NCBI GenBank assembly: GCA_946611605.1
Contig: CAMODU010000002.1
Span: forward strand, 1 to 52,158
Direction of reading: 5' to 3'
Length of the DNA stretch: 52,158 bases
DNA from: an uncultured bacterium
GTDB lineage: Bacteria; Bacillota_I; Bacilli_A; RF39; UBA660
Of the stretch, positions 7,138-14,753 are shown in pieces; the first letter of the stretch is position 1; each line of letters starts with the position of its first letter. The notes beneath the pieces were generated by a model. That model had not been told where the DNA came from. It searched no databases and worked only from the letters and a program-made list of their open reading frames with translations. A program made the translations under genes and the position numbers.

Positions 7138-8490
7138 ATGAAGTGTTCATTATGTGGAACTGATTTAATACCAGGCAATAATATATGTCCTTCATGTGGT
7201 TCATTAAACATGACTTTTGAACAAAGTGCTCCTGCAGCAAATACAACAGTAAATACATCCGCTATGTCAGAAGAGAATGGTCAAGTTGTTCAAGATGAAC
7301 AAGTAAATATAAATGTACAACCATTACAAGAAGTTCAAGAAGAACAACCTGTATTGGAATCTACTAGAGTAGCTGAAGCTCCTCCTGTAGCTGTAGAAGA
7401 ATTAACTAATCCAATTCAAGAAGAAATGGATACTGCAAAAGATATAAGTGAAACTTCTATGCCTACACAAGAAACTGTAGCAGCTGATACTCCAGAAGTA
7501 ATAGAAGAATATGAAGATTTAGATGAAGGAGAAGCTGAAGTAGTTAATGCTACTGCAGATATGGCTGCACCAGAACTTGCAGTAGAACAAGAAAATTTAT
7601 CTGAAGGTGTAAGAGATATATCTTCTTCTCAAGATGTATCTACATATGATCCTAATCAAGTTGTAGAAGAACAAGAAACTCAAGAAGTTAATAAAGAAGC
7701 AGGAGTAAATTTTCAATTACCTGAAGTAAAAGAAGCAGAGAAAGATACTCAAGGAATGGGTATCATGGAAATTGAAACAATTAGTAAAACAGCTGGTCAA
7801 GAAGGATTACCTGTTAGAGAAAAATTCTCTTTAAAGATATTAAAAAAGAAAACCATACCTAGAAATTTAGTAATTATATTATTAGTTGTATTCTTAGCTA
7901 TAGGTGTATTAATAGGAAGTACTATGTTTGGTAAACAAGTATATACTCCTACAACTACAAAGAAACAAGTTGATAAGATACCTCATGTAGTTGATGGTAA
8001 GAATAATGTTACTTATGCTGGTAAGTTTATATATAAGATACCTCAAGAATATGACTATGATAAATCTGAAGGTGGAATAGTTATATATGGTAAATCAGAT
8101 GAATTTAAAATATCTATAAAAGCCATGCAAGGTTCATATAATTATATAGCTAATGCTAAAGAGAGTATTATTAAAAGTTTAGGTAATGTAGATGTAATTG
8201 TTAATAATATTAAAGAAGAAATATTTAATGAAGTAAAATATATAGTTATTGAATCTACTGTAGGACCTAGAAATAGATTATATACTATAAGAGATGGAAT
8301 AAATGATTATGTATTCTATGCTGAAATAATTAGTAGTGATAACTCATATAATTATGATGCTATTGATATTGTTAATGATATTGTTGAAAATGTTGAATAT
8401 CAAGAAAAATATCCAACAATGGAAGGTGTAGCTTCACAAGATGTAGCGAAGATGATTGTTACTGCATCTGAAGCACATAATAATTCTTGA
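7138..8490 (+). CDS. Zinc-ribbon membrane protein of unknown function
   Basis: RBS is AAAGGGTG. The N-terminus has CSLCG...CPSCG (zinc ribbon), then a long acidic E/Q/V-rich linker, a single TM (LVIILLVVFLAIGVLIGSTMF) and a roughly 185-aa extracytoplasmic domain. It ends in tandem stops TGA TAA. Confidence 0.7.
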   Translation: MKCSLCGTDLIPGNNICPSCGSLNMTFEQSAPAANTTVNTSAMSEENGQVVQDEQVNINVQPLQEVQEEQPVLESTRVAEAPPVAVEELTNPIQEEMDTAKDISETSMPTQETVAADTPEVIEEYEDLDEGEAEVVNATADMAAPELAVEQENLSEGVRDISSSQDVSTYDPNQVVEEQETQEVNKEAGVNFQLPEVKEAEKDTQGMGIMEIETISKTAGQEGLPVREKFSLKILKKKTIPRNLVIILLVVFLAIGVLIGSTMFGKQVYTPTTTKKQVDKIPHVVDGKNNVTYAGKFIYKIPQEYDYDKSEGGIVIYGKSDEFKISIKAMQGSYNYIANAKESIIKSLGNVDVIVNNIKEEIFNEVKYIVIESTVGPRNRLYTIRDGINDYVFYAEIISSDNSYNYDAIDIVNDIVENVEYQEKYPTMEGVASQDVAKMIVTASEAHNNS

Positions 8491-8515
8491 TAATATAATA
8501 TTCATTTGTTATAAT
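8487..8515 (+). promoter_or_regulatory. Sigma-A-type promoter for the tyrS leader
   Basis: -35 TTGATA (8487-8492), 17-nt spacer, extended -10 TGTTATAAT (8507-8515). Confidence 0.6.
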
Positions 8516-8521
8516 TTAACT

Positions 8522-8657
8522 AATTGGTGATGACGAGGATTTACGACCCTAAGAGCCAAATCGCATATCAGCGTTATTGATTAAAGGTGATTATAAGATC
8601 ATGAAGTAGGATGGTACCACGAGTAATTTCGTTCCTATATCATGGTCTTTTATTTTT
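8522..8657 (+). promoter_or_regulatory. T-box riboswitch leader (Tyr specifier UAC) with intrinsic terminator
   Basis: T-box sequence AAGTAGGATGGTACCACGAG lies at 8604-8623. There is an F-box-like CGTTA at 8572-8576 and a K-turn-like TGATGA at 8528-8533. TAC at 8542-8544 is followed by a purine. The terminator helix is AAGATCATGA (8595-8604) / TCATGGTCTT (8640-8649) plus a T-run. The leader sits directly upstream of tyrS. Confidence 0.8.
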
Positions 8658-8675
8658 TAGAAAGAAGGAATAAAT

Positions 8676-9857
8676 ATGGCAATGACATGCTTTGAAGATT
8701 TAAAATGGAGAGGACTTGTTAAAGACATTAGTAGTCCTGAACTAGAAGACAAATTAAATAATGAACAATTAACATTCTATATTGGTACAGATCCAACAGC
8801 TGATTCTATGCATATAGGACATTTCTCATCATTCCTAATTGCAACAAGATTAGCTAAATATGGTCATAAACCAATACTTTTAGTAGGTGGAGCTACAGGA
8901 TTAATTGGAGATCCTAAACCATCAAATGAAAGACAAATGATTACTAAAGAACAAGTAGAACATAATGTAGAAGGATTAACAAAACAAGCTAAAGAAATAT
9001 TTGGTTTTGAAGTAGTTAATAATTATGATTGGATTAAGGATATATCTACTATAGATTTCTTAAGAGATTATGGTAAATATATAAATGTTAATTATATGTT
9101 AGATAAAGATATTATAAGTAGAAGACTAGAAAGTGGTATTACTTTCTGTGAATTTGCTTATACTATTCTACAAGGTTTAGACTTTGTTCATTTAAATAAA
9201 GCTAAAGGTGTTACATTACAAGTTGCAGGTTCAGATCAATGGGGAAATATTACAACTGGTATTGAATTAGCTAGAAAAAAAGAAGATATAGAATTATTTG
9301 GTATGACTATGCCTTTAGTTGTTGATGCTAATGGAGTTAAATTTGGTAAAACTGAAGGTAATGCTTTATGGTTAGATAAGAATAAAACATCTTCATATGA
9401 ACTATATCAATTCTTAATTAATTCCGATGATAAGAGTGTAATAGATTATCTTAAGAAATTAACATTCTTATCTAAAGAAGAAATAGAAAAAATTGAAGAA
9501 GAACATAATAAACACCCAGAATTAAGAATGGCTCAAAAAGTACTAGCCAAAGAAGTTATTACATTCTTACATGGTGAAGAAGAAGCTGAACAAGCAAGAA
9601 TAAAATCAGAAGCTTTATTTGGTGGTTCTACTGAAGACTTAGAAGCAACTCCTATTACTCCTGAATCAAGAAATATTCTTGATATCATGATGGCAGCTGA
9701 TTTAATACCATCAAAATCAGAAGGTAGAAGATTAGTTGAACAAGGTGGAGTATCTATTGATGATGATAAGATAACTGATCCTAAATTTGAAGTAACTAAG
9801 GATGAATTTGTTCTTCATAAGGGTAAGAAAAAAGTTGTTAAATTAGTAATTAAGTAG
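8676..9857 (+). CDS. tyrS: Tyrosine--tRNA ligase
   Basis: RBS is AAGAAGGA. Motifs: HIGH (DSMHIGHF), KMSKS equivalent KFGKTEG, GSDQWGNI, and a C-terminal S4-like domain (SKSEGRRLVEQGGVSIDD). Confidence 0.95.
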   Translation: MAMTCFEDLKWRGLVKDISSPELEDKLNNEQLTFYIGTDPTADSMHIGHFSSFLIATRLAKYGHKPILLVGGATGLIGDPKPSNERQMITKEQVEHNVEGLTKQAKEIFGFEVVNNYDWIKDISTIDFLRDYGKYINVNYMLDKDIISRRLESGITFCEFAYTILQGLDFVHLNKAKGVTLQVAGSDQWGNITTGIELARKKEDIELFGMTMPLVVDANGVKFGKTEGNALWLDKNKTSSYELYQFLINSDDKSVIDYLKKLTFLSKEEIEKIEEEHNKHPELRMAQKVLAKEVITFLHGEEEAEQARIKSEALFGGSTEDLEATPITPESRNILDIMMAADLIPSKSEGRRLVEQGGVSIDDDKITDPKFEVTKDEFVLHKGKKKVVKLVIK

Positions 9858-9881
9858 TATTATAACCAATAGGTGATTTCT

Positions 9882-10379
9882 ATGAAGGTTACTACTAGAA
9901 ATGAAAAAGATGCATTTGATAGAATAACTCATAATCTATGTTATTTAGAAAAAGAAAGATTTAATTTATTAGTTAATATGTTTGCTTTAACAAATGTATT
10001 ATCTAGTAAAGCAGATTCTTTTCCTGAAGCATGGAATTATGTTAATTCTTTAAATACATATACTAAAGAATGGATAGATGAGAATAATAAAGAAGTAAGA
10101 GTATATGAAAAGATGTTAAGATATCTTCAATTAATGCTTACTAATGATACATATGAATACTATACTGATTCATATTATTATGATTATTTTGATAAAACTA
10201 TAGATGCATTAGAAGCAAATAGATATAATCGTAAGATTAATACATCTGTATTCTATTATTCTATATCTTTAGGAGTTGCATATCATGCTCCTGAAGTTAC
10301 AATAGCTTCAAATGTAGAACGTGAATTAATAACTGATGATATATTTGAAGAAATGTTAAAAAGAATACCTAAAAGATAA
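9882..10379 (+). CDS. Hypothetical protein (165 aa)
   Basis: ORF track gives 9873..10379, but the GTG at 9873 is inside the AGGTGAT SD, so ATG 9882 is preferred. It lies 24 nt after tyrS. No motif recognised. Confidence 0.6.
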   Translation: MKVTTRNEKDAFDRITHNLCYLEKERFNLLVNMFALTNVLSSKADSFPEAWNYVNSLNTYTKEWIDENNKEVRVYEKMLRYLQLMLTNDTYEYYTDSYYYDYFDKTIDALEANRYNRKINTSVFYYSISLGVAYHAPEVTIASNVERELITDDIFEEMLKRIPKR

Positions 10380-10386
10380 CAAATAA

Positions 10387-10410
10387 AAAACTACACATAA
10401 GTGTAGTTTT
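10387..10410. terminator. Bidirectional intrinsic terminator
   Basis: AAAACTACAC / GTGTAGTTTT with loop ATAA, flanked by an A-run and a T-run, between convergent genes. The same 23-mer recurs at 21015-21037. Confidence 0.8.
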
Positions 10411-10414
10411 ATTA

Positions 10415-11017
10415 TTATCTATTGTAGAATTCAACAATAAGTGATTCTTTAATGTCAGCAGATAATTCGCTTCTTTCTGGATATCTTACATAAGTACCAG
10501 ATAATTTCTTAGCATCAAAGTCTACATAAGCAGGAGTTTTTCTCTTAGCTTCTAATGCATCTTTAATAGCTGGATGTTCTAAAGACTTTTCTTTAACAGA
10601 AATAACGTCTCCAGGTTTAACTTCATATGAAGGAATATCTACTTTCTTACCATTAACTAAAATATGTCCATGGTTAACTAATTGACGTGATCCTCTTCTT
10701 GAATTACTCATTCCCATTCTAAATACGATATTATCTAATCTAGATTCTAGTAATCTTAAGAAATTTTCACCAGTTACACCAGTCATATTTTGAGCTCTCT
10801 TGAATAATCTCTTGAATTGTTTTTCATTCATACCATAAGTAAATTTAACTTTTTGTTTTTCATCTAATTGAATCTTATATTCAGAAGCTTTTCTTCTTCT
10901 TGCTGCACCATGTTGTCCTGGAGCATAAGGTCTCTTAGCTAAATCTTTACCATTTTCTAATGTAGAAAAACCATATCTTCTAGATTTCTTGAAAGCTGGT
11001 CCAGTATATCTTGCCAT
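10415..11017 (-). CDS. rpsD: 30S ribosomal protein S4
   Basis: RBS is AAAGGAGAA. The product MARYTGPAFKKSRRYGFS...APGQHG...YKIQLDEKQKVKFTYG...SRLDNIVFRMG...RQLVNHGHILVNGKKVDIPSY is canonical S4. Confidence 0.96.
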   Translation of the reverse strand: MARYTGPAFKKSRRYGFSTLENGKDLAKRPYAPGQHGAARRRKASEYKIQLDEKQKVKFTYGMNEKQFKRLFKRAQNMTGVTGENFLRLLESRLDNIVFRMGMSNSRRGSRQLVNHGHILVNGKKVDIPSYEVKPGDVISVKEKSLEHPAIKDALEAKRKTPAYVDFDAKKLSGTYVRYPERSELSADIKESLIVEFYNR

Positions 11018-11168
11018 ATAGTATTTCTCCTTTCTTTATATTATTACATAGAAAGGTTATCATTTTAATACTAGGGTGTTTAATATCTTTTTCACTAAGG
11101 CAGTCTAGCTACTAGAGTTATTTCAATTAAACACATTAATATATTAATGATATGCCTGCCTAACTACG
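11018..11168 (-). promoter_or_regulatory. Structured 5' UTR of rpsD (candidate S4 autoregulatory leader)
   Basis: The leader is about 150 nt between the predicted promoter and the start codon. A 9-bp helix joins 11074-11082 and 11124-11132 (GTGTTTAAT/ATTAAACAC). A 6-bp helix joins 11096-11101 and 11155-11160 (AGGCAG/CTGCCT). The two helices interleave in a pseudoknot topology. A small hairpin lies at 11102-11114. Confidence 0.4.
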
Positions 11169-11174
11169 CAATTA

Positions 11175-11203
11175 GTAATATATCAATTATTAGGGTAAAA
11201 GTC
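11175..11203 (-). promoter_or_regulatory. Sigma-A-type promoter for rpsD
   Basis: On the minus strand: -35 TTGACT (11203-11198), 17-nt spacer, -10 TATATT (11180-11175). Confidence 0.55.
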
Positions 11204-11248
11204 AATTATTTATCATTAATTAAACATATATCATTTATCAAATTATTA

Positions 11249-11277
11249 TTTACATAAATAGACAATTTTGTTATAAT
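11249..11277 (+). promoter_or_regulatory. Sigma-A-type promoter for the 11307 gene
   Basis: -35 TTTACA (11249-11254), 17-nt spacer, extended -10 TGTTATAAT (11269-11277). Confidence 0.55.
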
Positions 11278-11306
11278 TTTGTATAGAATAAGAAGGTATG
11301 GTATTT

Positions 11307-12857
11307 ATGAAAGAACTAATCGAAATTATCAATAGTAAATTCTTTAGTGTAATAGATGAATTAAAGGCTCAAAAGGAGACTTTAGAGTCTAAATTAAACA
11401 CTATTAAGGAAGATATAGAAAAGAAGGTTACTGTTGCATCTGAATACAAGGAAAAAGTAGAAAATTCTAATAATATCATATCTGGACTTGAAAAAGATAT
11501 TGAGAAATTACAAAATGATTTAAAAGAATTACATGAAAAGTTCGATGCTGCTGGATTTACTGAATTGCTTGAAGCTGGTAATAAAGAAATAAACGGTAAG
11601 ATTATTGAAAATAATACTAAGATTCAAGAAGAACAAGATAATATTAAAGCATTACAAGAAGAAGCAGCTAACTTAAAAGATGAATTAGTTACTTTAAAAG
11701 ATAGTAGAGATAATATAGAAAACGAATTAAATAATACTATAGTTGCATTAAATTACTATAATGCTAAGACTGATGAAATGACTATATTTGCTACTGAGAA
11801 CTTTGATAAGTTAGATGAATTTACTCCTGAAGATGATTCATTAGATATGACATCTCCTGAAGATGATGTAGATGTTAATAAAATAATAGATGGTAAGATA
11901 TTTGAAGAAATAGATAATATTTCTAATGATGATCAAGAATTAACTGATCAAGAATTAGAAAACATCTTAAATGGTGCTAATGAAGAAGAGGAAGAAGAAG
12001 TTGTAGAAACTCCTGAAGAAAAATTATCTACTTTAGATGATGTAATAGATGTAACTAATAAGATAATTACAAATGAAATAAGTGAAGAACCAGTTGAAGA
12101 TGTTAAAGAAGAAGTTAAGACTGAAGAAAAACCAGAACTTCCTGATGATATAGAAGAAATAGTTGTAGAAGAAGATATTAATCCTCCTGTAGCAACTACT
12201 ATAGAATCTTCTGATAATGAAGAAGTATTAAAAGAATTAGGTTTTGATACAACATTATTTAGTGAAGATATAAATAAGATTGGTCCTATAGATAAAACTA
12301 AGGCAGATAAGATTAAAGATGTATTAGATGTACATTTTATAGATATTAATAATATATATCAACATCCATCTATCTTAGTAACTATGGATGCTGATACATT
12401 AGCTAAGGAATTAGAGATACTTGAATATGCTGGATGTATTCCAACAACTATTAACTATATATTTAAATATTTAGATAAAATAGATGTTAGTAAGTTAGAA
12501 GAAAAGATTACAGGAAGTGTAGAAAGTATAATAACTGTATTAGCAAGTATTATTCCCGATTTAGAAATCAAAGATATTGGTGATGAATTAGGATTAAATC
12601 AACAAGAAAGAGAAATGTTGAAATCTAGATTAACTGAAGAAGAACTATTAGTAATGAATGCATTTGCTGATGTTGTTAAGGTTAACTACAATACATTAAA
12701 AGGATTAGAAATAAATGAATTAAATAAATGTTTCACAGAACATCCAAAGAGATTCATGCTTAATCCAGATCAATTTGATGCTATTCTTGATAAATATGAT
12801 CCATCTGATTTAGTAAGATGTATTAATAAGAATGTAGCAGTAATAGACAAGTTATAA
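11307..12857 (+). CDS. Hypothetical acidic protein: N-terminal coiled coil, very acidic linker, C-terminal globular region
   Basis: ORF track gives 11298..12857, but ATG 11298 abuts the RBS (AGAAGGT), so ATG 11307 is preferred. Heptad-like K/E/L-rich residues run from about 10 to 150. A D/E-rich stretch follows (EEEEEVVETPEE). No TM and no recognised motif. Confidence 0.65.
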   Translation: MKELIEIINSKFFSVIDELKAQKETLESKLNTIKEDIEKKVTVASEYKEKVENSNNIISGLEKDIEKLQNDLKELHEKFDAAGFTELLEAGNKEINGKIIENNTKIQEEQDNIKALQEEAANLKDELVTLKDSRDNIENELNNTIVALNYYNAKTDEMTIFATENFDKLDEFTPEDDSLDMTSPEDDVDVNKIIDGKIFEEIDNISNDDQELTDQELENILNGANEEEEEEVVETPEEKLSTLDDVIDVTNKIITNEISEEPVEDVKEEVKTEEKPELPDDIEEIVVEEDINPPVATTIESSDNEEVLKELGFDTTLFSEDINKIGPIDKTKADKIKDVLDVHFIDINNIYQHPSILVTMDADTLAKELEILEYAGCIPTTINYIFKYLDKIDVSKLEEKITGSVESIITVLASIIPDLEIKDIGDELGLNQQEREMLKSRLTEEELLVMNAFADVVKVNYNTLKGLEINELNKCFTEHPKRFMLNPDQFDAILDKYDPSDLVRCINKNVAVIDKL

Positions 12858-12871
12858 TACTTGTCTTTTTT
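12845..12871 (+). terminator. Intrinsic terminator
   Basis: AGACAAGT (12845-12852) pairs with ACTTGTCT (12859-12866) around a 6-nt loop, followed by a T6 run. Confidence 0.75.
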
Positions 12872-12974
12872 ATTTGTTAATAACTTGTAAAATAGACTCT
12901 CCAAGGTTAAGTTAAAAATCTATAAATGATATAATAAAATTGTATAACTATGTATAAGGAAGGTAGGTGTAATT

Positions 12975-14750
12975 ATGAATAAAAATAAATATTTATTAGT
13001 ATTTATTCTTTTACTATGCCTAATTCCTAATGTAGCTAAAGCTACTGATTGGTGTGTTATCAATGGTACAACTGTTAGAGTAAGAGATGCTGCATCTACT
13101 TCAGGTAATAAATTAGGAACATATAATACAGGAGATAAGTTTGTATTAAAGACTAGACAAATATTTGCTGATAAAGGTGGAGGATGCGAATCAGGATATT
13201 GGTATCAAATAGATCATAATGGTGCAACTGGCTATGTTTGTACTGCATTTGCAATTATAGAATCTGATACACCTGTAGTTATTACTGATGAAGCAAAAAC
13301 ACAATGCGAATCTGAATTAAAATCTAAAGGCTTCCCTCAAGTATATTGGAACGCTTTATGTAATTTAAAAGCTAAATATCCAAATTGGGAATTTAATGCT
13401 ATAGATACTTTAATAGACTTTCCTTCTGCAGTAGCTGGTGAATCTTGTAAAGGCTCTATACGTGCATCTGAAACTAATATAAACAAAGGATTTACAGATT
13501 CTACATGTGGAAAAAAATATGATACAGGGTATACTGGAGCGTCATCTACTGCTACAGCATATTATATGAACCCTTTAAACTTCTTAAACGAAAAGAATAT
13601 TTTTATGTTTGAATCAAATTATACAAATAATAATCTATTAGGATATTATGCTAATGCATCGAAAAGTATAATATCTCCTTCAACTTATTTTGTTCAGTTT
13701 ATTCCAAATGTATATACTTATATAGCTAATGCGTCTAATGCGTCTAATGTGGCAGCTTCTGCTATATCTGCTCGTATAAAACAAGAAATGGGAAGTGGAG
13801 ATTTAGGAAAAACAGTAGCTCCAGATAATACAAGATTGTTTTCATGCTTGTCTGGTAATTATTCGACTAGATATCCAAATACTGTAGCTTCAATAGGTGA
13901 TGTGAATAATTATTATAATTTCTTTAATATAGCTGCAACCGATGGTTCGGATGTCACACAAAAAGCATTAATATATGCTAGAAATCATGGCTGGGGCGGA
14001 ACTGGTAATCAAGACAATGATAGACAAACAGCTGTAACAGGTGGTGCTCAGTGGATTTATAAATGGTATACAAATGCAGGCCAACAGACTATTTATTTTA
14101 ATAAATTTAATGTTAATCCTAAATCGTCGTCATCTAAATTTTCTCATCAATACATGACAAATGTGGATGCTCCATCCTCAGAATCTATACTTGTTTATAA
14201 TGGTTATTCAAGTTCAGGTGCTTTATCTGCTAATCACATATTTTATATTCCAGTATATAGTAATTTAGATGCTTCTATAAATAATACTCCAGGTGGTGCT
14301 ACAGGTGATACTAATAACTCTAATACAGGATTACAACCTTCAACAATGGTTGTATCTGCTGGTTTGAATATATCTGGTTCTGCTGTATTTGGAATTAAAA
14401 GTAATACGTCTATAGTTGATTTAAAAGGTAGAATACAATCTCAAGGTGGTACAATTAATATTTATTCCGGTAATAATTTAATAAATGATGGTATAGTTGG
14501 AACAGGCATGGTAATGAAAATTGCATCATCAACTGGTAATGCCGAATATTCTATTGTAATTAAAGGCGATACCTCAGGTGATGGGTTGGTTAATGCGTTG
14601 GATTTACTACAAATAAAAAAATCAATACTTGGGCAGAAAAAAATAGAAGGCGTTTATTATGCGGCTGCTGACACATCAAGTGATGGTACGGTTAATGCTT
14701 TAGATTTATTACAAGTTAAAAAGAGCTTATTAGGACAAAAGGAGTTGTAG
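12975..14750 (+). CDS. Secreted SH3b + glucosaminidase(GH73)-like peptidoglycan hydrolase with a C-terminal type-I dockerin
   Basis: Signal peptide is MNKNKYLLVFILLLCLIPNVAKA. The SH3b-like segment is VRVRDAASTSGNKLGTYNTGDKFVL...GYWYQIDHNGATGYV. GH73-like boxes are IKQEMGSG, NNYYNFFNI, GAQWIY and SHQYMTN. The C-terminal duplicated dockerin segment is GDTSGDGLVNALDLLQIKKSILG ... ADTSSDGTVNALDLLQVKKSLLG (nt 14565-14747). Confidence 0.7.
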   Translation: MNKNKYLLVFILLLCLIPNVAKATDWCVINGTTVRVRDAASTSGNKLGTYNTGDKFVLKTRQIFADKGGGCESGYWYQIDHNGATGYVCTAFAIIESDTPVVITDEAKTQCESELKSKGFPQVYWNALCNLKAKYPNWEFNAIDTLIDFPSAVAGESCKGSIRASETNINKGFTDSTCGKKYDTGYTGASSTATAYYMNPLNFLNEKNIFMFESNYTNNNLLGYYANASKSIISPSTYFVQFIPNVYTYIANASNASNVAASAISARIKQEMGSGDLGKTVAPDNTRLFSCLSGNYSTRYPNTVASIGDVNNYYNFFNIAATDGSDVTQKALIYARNHGWGGTGNQDNDRQTAVTGGAQWIYKWYTNAGQQTIYFNKFNVNPKSSSSKFSHQYMTNVDAPSSESILVYNGYSSSGALSANHIFYIPVYSNLDASINNTPGGATGDTNNSNTGLQPSTMVVSAGLNISGSAVFGIKSNTSIVDLKGRIQSQGGTINIYSGNNLINDGIVGTGMVMKIASSTGNAEYSIVIKGDTSGDGLVNALDLLQIKKSILGQKKIEGVYYAAADTSSDGTVNALDLLQVKKSLLGQKEL

Positions 14751-14753
14751 AAT

